64,000 nt of DNA from Chloroflexota bacterium. GTDB taxonomy: Bacteria; Chloroflexota; Dormibacteria; CF-121. Position 1 is the stretch's first letter. Each line of letters begins with the position of its first letter. Both the position numbers and the translations under genes were made by a program. The notes under the pieces are model-generated. The model ran no database searches. It worked only from the letters and a program-made list of their open reading frames with translations, and had not been told where the DNA came from. The stretch spans positions 12,260 to 76,259 of the forward strand of contig VBEE01000035.1 in the NCBI GenBank assembly GCA_005881715.1, in the 5' to 3' direction. This document shows, piece by piece, positions 10,342 through 18,945 of the stretch.

Positions 10342-11297
10342 ACAACAGCCTCGTCGTCGTGACTGCTGCATCTGCCATCTTCTACGGGACTCCCTTGCTC
10401 TTTGCCTCGCTCGGCGAACTGCTGGCGGAACGCTCCGGCGTGCTCAACCTCGGCGTCGAGGGCATGATGCTGGTCGGCGCCGTCAGCGGCTTTTGGGCCG
10501 TGCAAACGGTCGGTGGGCCGGGCTGGCTCAGCTTGCTCACCGCGGTGGCGGTGGCGGCGCTGGCCGCGGCGGCGACCTCGTTGATCCACGCGTTTCTCAC
10601 CGTCACCCTCCGCGCCAGCCAGATCGTGTCTGGGCTGGCACTCACGATCTTCGCTGGGGCAACCGGCCTCTCGTCCTACCTCGGCCACGTCGCGAATCTC
10701 GGAGGGAAGCCGGCCCACCATGAGTTCGACGCCATCGACGTGTTCGGGTTGAAGGATGCCCCCGTGATCGGCCCGATCCTCTTCCACCAGAATGCGCTGA
10801 CCTACGGGTCCTGGGTGCTGGTCGGACTGGCGCTGTTGTATCTCTACCGAACCCGGCCCGGCCTTCACCTGCGGGCGGTCGGGGAATCGCCGGCGACCGC
10901 CGATGCCATGGGCGTCAACGTGACGACGTATCGCTACGTTCACACCATGCTTGGTGGCGCCCTGGCGGGCGTGGGAGGTGCCTTCTTCAGCCTGGCGATC
11001 ACCCCATTCTGGCTCGATGGCATGACTTCGGGCGCCGGCTGGATCGCGATCGCGCTGGTGATCTTCGCCTTCTGGCGACCAGAACTGGCGCTGGTCGGCG
11101 CCTACTTGTTCGGGGCCTTCAGTAGCCTGGCCTTCACGCTGCAGGCGCGCCAGGTGCACCTACCGCCGGAAGTCTTTTCGTCACTGCCCTACTTGATGAC
11201 CATCGTCGTGCTCGTGCTGGTCTCAACCGGCTGGGGGCGACGGCGCCTCGGCGCCCCTGCCGCGCTGGGCGTCCCTTACATTCGCGAAGAGCGTTGA
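10338..11297 (+). CDS. Nucleoside ABC transporter permease
   Basis: GELLAERSGVLNLGVEGMM, GWIAIALVIF; GTGA overlap at 10338. Confidence 0.93.
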   Translation: MNNSLVVVTAASAIFYGTPLLFASLGELLAERSGVLNLGVEGMMLVGAVSGFWAVQTVGGPGWLSLLTAVAVAALAAAATSLIHAFLTVTLRASQIVSGLALTIFAGATGLSSYLGHVANLGGKPAHHEFDAIDVFGLKDAPVIGPILFHQNALTYGSWVLVGLALLYLYRTRPGLHLRAVGESPATADAMGVNVTTYRYVHTMLGGALAGVGGAFFSLAITPFWLDGMTSGAGWIAIALVIFAFWRPELALVGAYLFGAFSSLAFTLQARQVHLPPEVFSSLPYLMTIVVLVLVSTGWGRRRLGAPAALGVPYIREER

Positions 11298-11309
11298 GCC
11301 ATAAGCGGT

Positions 11310-11951
11310 TTAGGGCTCGTTCTCCGAGCGACTGAGCGCGTCCGAGACCTTCGGTCGAGTCAGTAACGGGATGGCTTCGCGGATGTATTCGGCGCCGGAG
11401 CCAACCGTCCAGACCACCGCGATCAGGAGCGCCCAGACCGGCAAGGTAAAGGGCCCCAACGGGCTCAGCAGCTCATGGCCCGGCATCGACTGACCGGCCA
11501 GCCAACCGCCCTGGCGCGCGTCGCCCTCCAGCAAAACCAGCAGCAGGGCGACGATCGTGATCACGGTCTTGGCCTTGCCCCAGCCACCCGCCGGGATGAC
11601 GACGCCAAGCGCGGCGGCGTAGCTGCGGAGACCGGTCACCAGGAACTCGCGCGCAATGATGAGGGCAGTCATCCAGCCCGGCGCGAGGCGCGCGACGGCG
11701 AGAGCGACCAGCAGGACAGCCACGAGCACCTTGTCGGACGTCGTATCGAGATAGATTCCCAGCGGCGAGACGAGATGGCGGCGCCGCGCGATCTCCCCGT
11801 CGAGCGTATCGGTGATCGAGGCGGCGACAAAGAGAAGCGCCGCAATCAAGAACCCATAGCGGCTACCGGAAACGACCAGCGCATAGATCACCGGCGCGAC
11901 CAGGATCCGGGAGAAACTCAGCAGATTGGGCGCCGCGAGCAGCGATGGCAC
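11310..11951 (-). CDS. pgsA: CDP-diacylglycerol--glycerol-3-phosphate 3-phosphatidyltransferase
   Basis: PNLLSFSR and the CDP-alcohol phosphotransferase motif DTLDGEIARRRHLVSPLGIYLDTTSDK. Confidence 0.92.
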   Translation of the reverse strand: MPSLLAAPNLLSFSRILVAPVIYALVVSGSRYGFLIAALLFVAASITDTLDGEIARRRHLVSPLGIYLDTTSDKVLVAVLLVALAVARLAPGWMTALIIAREFLVTGLRSYAAALGVVIPAGGWGKAKTVITIVALLLVLLEGDARQGGWLAGQSMPGHELLSPLGPFTLPVWALLIAVVWTVGSGAEYIREAIPLLTRPKVSDALSRSENEP

Positions 11952-11957
11952 GACGCG

Positions 11958-12653
11958 TCAGCCCCGCCGGACCGCGACGTGAAGCACCACGATGCCGAAC
12001 GTCAATGGCTCGACAGTGACGGCGAAACCGAGGCGTTCCAGTGCTGCCGCCAGCTCGGACGGCTGCGGAAATCCCTGCACGGTTTCGGCCAGGTAACGGT
12101 AAGCATGCCGCTCGCCTGCGCTGAGCCGGCCGGCGATGGCGGGCATCACGCGCGTGAGATAGAAACGATAGGCGCGCATCAGGGGGCCGGACGGTGGCGG
12201 GGCGAACTCGAGGATGACGAGGCGCCCGCCCGGCCGTAGCACCCGACGCATCTCGCGTAGCGCCTGCTCCCGATCAACCAGGTTGCGGAGACCGAAACCG
12301 ATCGTGATGGCGTCGACGCTGGCGTCCGGTTCGCTCAGCCGGCTGACGTCCCCCAGTCGGAATTCGACCTCCGGTTCGAGTTTGCGGGCCCGCTCCAGCA
12401 TTGGCTGCGAGAAGTCAATGCCGATCACGCGGCCACCCGGCCGGGTAGAGGAAAGCAGTTCGTGAGCGAGTTTGCCGGTGCCGGTGCAGAGGTCCAGGAC
12501 GGTCTGGCCAGGGTGCAGGTTGGCCCGTTCTGCGGCCCGGCGCCGCCAGGCATGGTCGCGGGCGACGCTGAAGAGACGATTCCGGGCGTCGTAGCCGGGT
12601 GCGATCGCGTCGAACATCTGCCGGATCTGATCGGACCGCGCTTCCTGCCCCAC
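11958..12653 (-). CDS. menG: UbiE/MenG-family (demethylmenaquinone) methyltransferase
   Basis: MFDAIAPGYDARNRLFS, VLDLCTGTG, ITIGFGLRN, RVLRPGGRLVILEF, YRYLAET. GTG at 12653 chosen as start. Confidence 0.88.
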   Translation of the reverse strand: MGQEARSDQIRQMFDAIAPGYDARNRLFSVARDHAWRRRAAERANLHPGQTVLDLCTGTGKLAHELLSSTRPGGRVIGIDFSQPMLERARKLEPEVEFRLGDVSRLSEPDASVDAITIGFGLRNLVDREQALREMRRVLRPGGRLVILEFAPPPSGPLMRAYRFYLTRVMPAIAGRLSAGERHAYRYLAETVQGFPQPSELAAALERLGFAVTVEPLTFGIVVLHVAVRRG

Positions 12654-12736
12654 GCTACGAATTATCTTCGTCGCCCGGGTCTTCAGGTGGGCCCCCGATT
12701 GCGGCGTCGCGGTGGCAGGAGTACGGTGATACCGGC

Positions 12737-14734
12737 ATGACCGACCTGGCACGCCCGGTGGGGCTGGGACTGGCCGCCCGCGGTGACGTCAAGGATGTCG
12801 CAGATTGGGCCCGGCGCGCGGAAGACCTTGGCCTGGACTCCGTCTGGGTGCATGACAGCTACTTCGAGCGCGACCCGATCACGTACCTGACGGCGATCGG
12901 CCAGGTCACACGGCACATCGGCCTGGGCGCGGGCGCGCTGAATCCCTACACCCGGCACCCCGTGGTGCTGGCGATGACGATGTCCGCGCTCGATGATCTG
13001 GCGCCCCGTCGCTGCACGCTGGCCATTGGTAGCGGACTACCGCTCCGGCTCTCCCAGATGGCGATTCCCTACGACGACACCGTCGCGCGCGTCTCCGAGT
13101 CGATCGATCAGATACGGACCCTGTGGCGCGGTGAGCCCCTGAAGCTCAATGACAAAGTGCCCCCGTTGCAACCGATGTTCCAGCCTCCGCATCGGATTCC
13201 CATCTACATCGCGGCCTATCGGACGGCATTTCTCGACCTGTGCGCGCAGAAAGCCGACGGCTACCTCGGCCGGCCCGCGGAATCGCTGCCGGCCTACGCG
13301 AAGATGCGAGCTCACATCCTCGAGCGCGCCGCCGTCTCGGGGCGCTCGTCCGGCGATATCGAATTCCGCGGCTATCTGCTGTGCCTGTTCGACGACAGCC
13401 GGCGCGAGGCCCTCAACCGAGCCAAACGCGAGCCCTTCGTGATCTACATGATCTCCGTCTTGAGCGACATCTCGCTGAAGCGCGCCGGCTTCGACCCGCA
13501 GCTCCGCACCCAGATCGCCGCCGCCTGGCGGGCCGAGGATTATCACCGGGCCGGCGAGCTCATCCCCGATGAGCTGCTCGATGCCTTCATTCTCTGCGGC
13601 ACGGTAGACGAGGTCGCGGCTCGCGCCAACGCCTATCACGAGGAGGCGGGCATGGACGTGCCGCTCTTGCAGCCGATCCTTCAGGAGGAGGCACAGGTCA
13701 GCGCCGTGCTCGACGCCGCGGTTCGCTACGGCACCCGCGTGACAGCCCCCACCCTGCCCTCCCCCGCAAGCGGGGGAGGGAAAATGGCCCCCACCCTGCA
13801 CTCCCCCGCAGGCGGGGGCGGGAAAAACATGCTCGGACGGCGTCTGGCCGGGGCCTGGGAGGTGGTCCGACCGTTTAGCTTCACCGCATCGCTGCTGCCG
13901 GTCTCGGTTGGCGGCGCCATCGCGCTTGGCCAGGGACGCATGCACTGGCCGCTGTTTGTGGCCGCGCTCCTGGGCGCCCTCGGCCTGCATATCGGCACCA
14001 ACGTGACCAACGAGATCTACGACGTGCGTCACGGCATCGACTCGATTACGTCGCCGCGAATGTCGATGGCCATCCTCAAGGGCCGGATCAGCGAACGTGG
14101 CGCCTTCATCGTCGCCTGGTCGGGCTTCATCCTGGCCTTGCTCATGGGCATCTTTCTGACGCTGCATCGCGGCTGGCCGATCGTCCTTCTCGGCCTGATC
14201 GGCTTTATCGGCGGCTATTTCTATACGGCGCCGCCCTTCCAGTACAAGTACCGGGCCCTGGGGTTGCCGTTGGTTTTTCTGCTGATGGGTCCGCTAATGG
14301 TGGTCGGCGCGTACTACGCCGTCACCGGCACCTTTGATGCCAGTCTGCTCGTCGTCTCGCTTCCGGTCGGCCTCCTGGTGACGGCGATCCTGCATGGCAA
14401 CGAGTGGCGGGATGTCGCCGAGGACACGCGACACGGCTTTACGACGTTTTCAGCTCAGGTCGGCCGGGACGCCGCGCACTGGGTCTACGTCATGCTGGTG
14501 CTGGGCGCCTATGTCGCGGTCGGGCTGGCGGTGATGGTCGGCGCATTGCCCAAACTCGCGCTCCTGACCCTGTTGAGCCTGCCACTGCTGGCCTGGATCC
14601 TGCGCGATGCCGAGCGCGGGGCCGAGGGTCATCTGCGGGCCATCGCGATGATCGACCTGATGACGGCCCGGTTGCACGGCGCCTTCGGCCTCTTGCTGCT
14701 CGTCGGCCTGGTGGCAGGGTCGGGTCTCCGCTGA
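12737..14734 (+). CDS. Fusion of an LLM-class (Mer-like, flavin/F420-dependent) oxidoreductase and a MenA/UbiA-family prenyltransferase
   Basis: N-half has AEDLGLDSVWVHD, LNPYTRHPVVLA and PIYIAA. C-half has RPFSFTAS, TNVTNEIYDVRHGID, YTAPPFQYKY, GNEWRDVAED and multiple TM helices. One uninterrupted frame. Confidence 0.88.
   Translation: MTDLARPVGLGLAARGDVKDVADWARRAEDLGLDSVWVHDSYFERDPITYLTAIGQVTRHIGLGAGALNPYTRHPVVLAMTMSALDDLAPRRCTLAIGSGLPLRLSQMAIPYDDTVARVSESIDQIRTLWRGEPLKLNDKVPPLQPMFQPPHRIPIYIAAYRTAFLDLCAQKADGYLGRPAESLPAYAKMRAHILERAAVSGRSSGDIEFRGYLLCLFDDSRREALNRAKREPFVIYMISVLSDISLKRAGFDPQLRTQIAAAWRAEDYHRAGELIPDELLDAFILCGTVDEVAARANAYHEEAGMDVPLLQPILQEEAQVSAVLDAAVRYGTRVTAPTLPSPASGGGKMAPTLHSPAGGGGKNMLGRRLAGAWEVVRPFSFTASLLPVSVGGAIALGQGRMHWPLFVAALLGALGLHIGTNVTNEIYDVRHGIDSITSPRMSMAILKGRISERGAFIVAWSGFILALLMGIFLTLHRGWPIVLLGLIGFIGGYFYTAPPFQYKYRALGLPLVFLLMGPLMVVGAYYAVTGTFDASLLVVSLPVGLLVTAILHGNEWRDVAEDTRHGFTTFSAQVGRDAAHWVYVMLVLGAYVAVGLAVMVGALPKLALLTLLSLPLLAWILRDAERGAEGHLRAIAMIDLMTARLHGAFGLLLLVGLVAGSGLR
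13745..13826. repeat. Two tandem REP-like palindromic units (42-nt period) in frame inside the fusion gene
   Basis: gcccccaccctgCCCTCCCCCGC-aa-GCGGGGGAGGGaaaa followed by a diverged copy; encodes APTLPSPASGGGKM and APTLHSPAGGGGKN. Confidence 0.9.
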
Positions 14735-15333
14735 AACGCGTCCTGGGCGGGCTCGCCCTGGCGGCGGCCGGCTGGGCGGCCGCCTTTCGCGGCCCCCGTT
14801 CCAGGTTCTGGCTCCGAATGACGCTTGGCGTGGGCGGGCTCGGCGCTTATGCGTTGGTCAGCGAGCCGGCGCTGCGGCGCGTGCGATTGCGCGGGCGTGA
14901 CATCACGATGGGCTTCGGCTCGGCCGCTGCACTCTACGGAATCTTTCGTTTGGGCGATACGATGGCCCGCCGGATCATGCCGGCCGGCGCTCGCGAGATC
15001 GCCGCCATCTACGAGCTTCGAACGGCTGCTCCCCGACCCACCATCGCGGCGGCGCTGGCACTGGTGATCGGACCGGGCGAAGAGCTGTTCTGGCGCGGCC
15101 TGGTGCAGCAGAATTTGCAGCGCCGGTTCGGTCGCCTGCGCGGCATGCTGATCGCCTCGTCGTGCTACGGCGCCGTTCACCTGGTGTCTGAGAATCTGAC
15201 CCTGACAGGGGCCGCCGCCACGGCGGGCCTCTTCTGGGGTGCGCTCTACGCGCGCGAAGGCCGCCTGGCCCCGCTGATCATCAGCCACGTCACCTGGGAC
15301 ATCTGGATCTTTCTGGTAGCTCCGACCGGTTAG
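14731..15333 (+). CDS. CPBP/CAAX (Abi) family intramembrane metalloprotease
   Basis: GEELFWRG, YGAVH and SHVTWD motifs; hydrophobic. Start probably CTG overlapping the upstream TGA. Confidence 0.88.
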   Translation: MKRVLGGLALAAAGWAAAFRGPRSRFWLRMTLGVGGLGAYALVSEPALRRVRLRGRDITMGFGSAAALYGIFRLGDTMARRIMPAGAREIAAIYELRTAAPRPTIAAALALVIGPGEELFWRGLVQQNLQRRFGRLRGMLIASSCYGAVHLVSENLTLTGAAATAGLFWGALYAREGRLAPLIISHVTWDIWIFLVAPTG

Positions 15334-15343
15334 ATTAAGTCCC

Positions 15344-15868
15344 TTGAAGCTGGGCCGTGAGCTCGTCAGTGCCGACGCGATCCAGCGTCGCGTCCAGGAA
15401 CTGGCGGCCGACGTATCGCGAGACTACGCCGGCATCGACCGGCCGCTGATCCTGCTGCCGGTGCTCAAGGGCTCAGTCTGCTTTGCCACCGACCTCAGCC
15501 GGCACCTCACGGTGCCGGTGAACTTCGATTATGTCGCGGTCAGCAGCTATGGCACTGGAACGGAGTCATCGGGGCACGTGCAACTGCTGAAGGACCTGAC
15601 CATGGACGTCGCCGGGCGGGACGTCCTGATGGTCGAGGACATCATCGACACGGGCTTGACCACGTCGTTCCTGTTCGACCACGTGCAACGCCACCGGCCC
15701 GCATCGCTCAAGCTCTGCGTGTTGCTGAACAAGCAAGAGCGACGGATCACACCGGTGCCGATGGCCTACAAGGGTTTCGATATCCCCAATCAGTTTGTCG
15801 TCGGTTACGGACTCGATTTCGACGAGCTCTATCGAAACCTGAGCGCCGTGCACGTTCTCGAGCCTTAG
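15344..15868 (+). CDS. hpt: Hypoxanthine phosphoribosyltransferase
   Basis: VLKGS, VSSYG, VEDIIDTGLT, FVVGYGLDFDELYRNL. Confidence 0.96.
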   Translation: MKLGRELVSADAIQRRVQELAADVSRDYAGIDRPLILLPVLKGSVCFATDLSRHLTVPVNFDYVAVSSYGTGTESSGHVQLLKDLTMDVAGRDVLMVEDIIDTGLTTSFLFDHVQRHRPASLKLCVLLNKQERRITPVPMAYKGFDIPNQFVVGYGLDFDELYRNLSAVHVLEP

Positions 15869-15884
15869 TCTGCCGCTGCCCCGA

Positions 15885-16751
15885 TTACTGGTTCGCCCCG
15901 CCCTCGAGCGAGGCGAGCAGCTGCTTGACGACGTTGACCGGGATGGCGAATCCGACGCCGACATTACCCGCAACCGGGCTCTCGATCGAGTCGTTGACCC
16001 CGACGACCTGGCCCTGCGTATTGAGCAACGCACCTCCGGAGTTGCCGGGATTGATCGGCGCGTCGGTCTGGATGAGGCCGGTACGCCCCGACGATTGATC
16101 CGTCCGGTTGAGGCCGGAGACAATCCCGGCCGTCATCGATCCAGCAAGCCCGAAGGGTGCGCCGATCGCATAGACGGCGTCGCCGACCCGGACCGTGTCA
16201 GAATTTCCCAGTGGCAGCGGATGCAGGCTGGCAGCCGCCACTGACACCCGAAGCACTGCCAGGTCCGCCCTGGTATTGGCGTTCACAAGCGTCGCCGTCG
16301 CGCTCCGGCCATCATTGAAGGTCACCTGGATCTGGCTGGCGCCCGAAACGACGTGCGCATTCGTCAGGATGTCGCCGTTCTGATCGAGGACGATGCCCGA
16401 GCCAGTGCCCTCGCCCACCTGACCGCGGCGCGCCACCTCGGTGGTGATCGTGACGATGCCAGCGACCGCCTGCTTGTAGAGGGCGGCGGCGGAGATCGGT
16501 GTTTGCGCCGGGGCGGCGCTGGCTGACGATGTCGGGCTCGTCGCGGCAACCGGCGCCGGGGTCCGACCGAGGATCACCTCCGCGCCGAGCGCTCCGCCCG
16601 CCACGCCGCCGACGACCACCAGGGCCGCGGCCAATGCGACCGGCCCGCGGCGACGTCCACGACTGCCCGGAGACGGCGGAGCCGGCGGCGCCGGTGGCGC
16701 CGGCGGATCGTACGGAAAGGGCTCGGTGGCCACGAAGCCATCATCGCGCAC
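15885..16751 (-). CDS. Membrane-anchored HtrA-like trypsin serine protease without PDZ domain
   Basis: TM segment, ILTNAHVV, DLAVL, IQTDAPINPGNSGG; ends right after the protease domain. Confidence 0.92.
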   Translation of the reverse strand: MRDDGFVATEPFPYDPPAPPAPPAPPSPGSRGRRRGPVALAAALVVVGGVAGGALGAEVILGRTPAPVAATSPTSSASAAPAQTPISAAALYKQAVAGIVTITTEVARRGQVGEGTGSGIVLDQNGDILTNAHVVSGASQIQVTFNDGRSATATLVNANTRADLAVLRVSVAAASLHPLPLGNSDTVRVGDAVYAIGAPFGLAGSMTAGIVSGLNRTDQSSGRTGLIQTDAPINPGNSGGALLNTQGQVVGVNDSIESPVAGNVGVGFAIPVNVVKQLLASLEGGANQ

Positions 16752-16778
16752 GAAGTCTCACAGGCAGATGACGCAGAG

Positions 16779-16799
16779 CTAAGAAGGCGCTAAGACTTT
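16779..16799 (-). promoter_or_regulatory. OmpR/MprA-like direct-repeat site upstream of PDZ-less htrA
   Basis: Minus strand reads AAAG-TCTTAG-CGCCT-TCTTAG, nearly identical to 61061-61081. Confidence 0.7.
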
Positions 16800-16804
16800 C
16801 GCAG

Positions 16805-17230
16805 TCAGGACGCCTGCAAGGCGTTGGGGCGAGCGTCGGCCAGGAACGCCCCGCGGTGACGGAGCACCTCGCCGATTTTCTGGCTCAAGCCGCTGGGCAA
16901 CAGCCGCCCCTTGACCAGGTAAGCGGCGGCCTGCAGTCGCTCGGCCTCCCGGATGAGCTGCGGGTTGTCGTCCTCGCTGCAGATGACGACCAGGACGTCC
17001 CGGGTCTCCTCGTCGGCCCGCAGCGCGGCCAGGAGCTGCAGCCCGTCGAGCACTGGCACGTGAACATCCAGCAAGATGACATCCGGCTTGAGATCCCTGG
17101 CCAACTTCAGGCCGGTCATGCCGTTCGATGCCACCGCGACCCGGTACCCCTCAAGCTGCAACTTCAGCTGGTAAAGATCGGCAATATCCGGGTGGTCTTC
17201 GACCATCAGGACGCGGGGCTGGGTTGGCAT
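16805..17230 (-). CDS. Single-domain response regulator (receiver)
   Basis: VLMVEDH, PDVILLDVHVPVLDG, AYLVK. Confidence 0.9.
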   Translation of the reverse strand: MPTQPRVLMVEDHPDIADLYQLKLQLEGYRVAVASNGMTGLKLARDLKPDVILLDVHVPVLDGLQLLAALRADEETRDVLVVICSEDDNPQLIREAERLQAAAYLVKGRLLPSGLSQKIGEVLRHRGAFLADARPNALQAS

Positions 17231-17408
17231 ATTGTCCCTTAAGGGGCTTCAGCGTAATCCGGAACCGAATGGCGGTCAAGCCATCGTTGAAGGGGACAAA
17301 CCGACGGGGACCGCACTCATGTTTATGCGCACGGCATCAGGCATTTTCGCGCACGGTGTTGCGCTCACGTTGATGGCCGCCGGGCCGGGCGCCTACCCGA
17401 TGCCTAAA

Positions 17409-17801
17409 TTAGTGGCTGCAGCCGCGGGCGGTGCTGGCGTCACTGCCGGTGTCGAACGAGCTACCGCATGAACAGCTCGACACCGCATTCGGATTGTGCA
17501 CGGTGAAACCGCCACCCATCAGGCTGTCCACGAAGTCAATCTCGGCGCCCTTGATATAGCGGGCGCTGACCGAGTCAACGAAGAGGCGCACGCCGCCGAC
17601 CTCGCTGATGGCATCGCCCTCCTCCGGCTGGTCCTCGAAGCCCATGCCATACGACATGCCCGAGCAACCGCCCGGTTGGACGAAGACGCGCAAGCCCATC
17701 TCTGGGCGGCCCTGCTTCTGGAGCAGGTCGCGTAACTGGGTCAGCGCGGAGTCGGAGATGCTGATCAGCTGGGTGTCCTGTTCGATCATTTCCTGAGCCA
17801 T
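17409..17801 (-). CDS. A-type Fe-S carrier (IscA/HesB/ErpA family)
   Basis: LRVFVQPGGCSGMSY and NPNAVSSCSCGSSF; TATAAT just upstream of the ATG at 17801. Confidence 0.95.
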   Translation of the reverse strand: MAQEMIEQDTQLISISDSALTQLRDLLQKQGRPEMGLRVFVQPGGCSGMSYGMGFEDQPEEGDAISEVGGVRLFVDSVSARYIKGAEIDFVDSLMGGGFTVHNPNAVSSCSCGSSFDTGSDASTARGCSH

Positions 17802-17868
17802 GTGACACTCATTATACGGCGGGTCGCCGCCCCGTCCGGGGTTTTCGAGTTGTAACGGGCCGGTGACG

Positions 17869-18945
17869 CTAGGGGAACTGCTGCTTTGCCAGTGGGCGCA
17901 CGGCATGGGTGTGCCCGACCGGTCGCCAGCGAACCGCCACGACGGCATCGCGGACGATGGCCAGCATCTCGTCGGCAGGCCCGCCGACCCACGGCACCGG
18001 GGCTCGGGGCCCTGTCCCGGGCGGTGCGTTGCTCGCATCCGAGTTCACGCGTCGTAGCGTGTAGATGTAGCGTCGCCGGCCGCGGTAGCTGAAGTAGGGC
18101 GGCTGATCGGGATGGCCGGCGCGCACCAGCCGGTCGATCTGCGCAAACGGCTGATCCCAGTCGATCCCAACCTGACGGACTGGGGGGTCGTACGTCCCCG
18201 GTTTAAGCTCGTAAGGAACCGGGTCCGCCTTACCCGCTTTCACCGCGTCGAGCGTCTCGTTGAGCGCGGAAAGACCTTCCGCAACCAGCCGCTTGCTGAG
18301 GCTGCCGGCGGTATCGCTGTCGAAGACATCGACACGGCGCTGGGCCAGGATCGGACCGGCATCGATCCGCGGCTCGGTGAGGTGCACCGTGATCCCCGCC
18401 TCGCGGTCGCCATTGGCGATGGTCCAGTAGATGGGCTCCGGCCCTCGGTGCCGTGGCAGCAGCGAGGGATGGATATTCAGCCATCCACGTGACGGCACGG
18501 CCAGCGTATCCGGCGCCAGGATCTGGTCGAAGCTTGCCATCACGACCAGGTCGGGCTGGTACGCCTTAAGGGAACGCACGAAGGTTTCGGCATTGGCATT
18601 GGCCGTGATCTCGACGGGACGGCCGAGATGGCCGGCAATGCGCGCGATCAGGTCCATCTTGGGATGGGTCCGTTGCCATCGCGTGCTACAGACGGCGGCC
18701 ACGAGGTTGACGCGTTTCTCGATCAAGTGCAACAGAAACGCCGTACCGTAGTCGGACGGGATGCCGCAGAAGACGACTCTAAGCCCGCGCTCGTCAAGTC
18801 GCGGCCCACTGTACGGGCCGCGGGGCACCGCTTCGTAATCGATCGGCACCATTGAGAACTCCGCCTTCGACCAGATCTGCTTGGCCAGGTCGTCCAGCCA
18901 GGGGTCTTCGAATGGACGTGGTTGGGCGAGGGCGGCCCCACTCAC
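17869..18945 (-). CDS. Methionyl-tRNA formyltransferase-like formyltransferase with N-terminal extension
   Basis: PDLVVMASFDQIL, WLNIHPSLLPRHRGPEPI, GITVH, IDAGPILAQ; GTGA-coupled to glcF. Confidence 0.85.
   Translation of the reverse strand: MSGAALAQPRPFEDPWLDDLAKQIWSKAEFSMVPIDYEAVPRGPYSGPRLDERGLRVVFCGIPSDYGTAFLLHLIEKRVNLVAAVCSTRWQRTHPKMDLIARIAGHLGRPVEITANANAETFVRSLKAYQPDLVVMASFDQILAPDTLAVPSRGWLNIHPSLLPRHRGPEPIYWTIANGDREAGITVHLTEPRIDAGPILAQRRVDVFDSDTAGSLSKRLVAEGLSALNETLDAVKAGKADPVPYELKPGTYDPPVRQVGIDWDQPFAQIDRLVRAGHPDQPPYFSYRGRRRYIYTLRRVNSDASNAPPGTGPRAPVPWVGGPADEMLAIVRDAVVAVRWRPVGHTHAVRPLAKQQFP

Noticed and set aside
13745..13826. CRISPR-like array
   Set aside because: Only two abutting units with no unique spacers and no cas genes.
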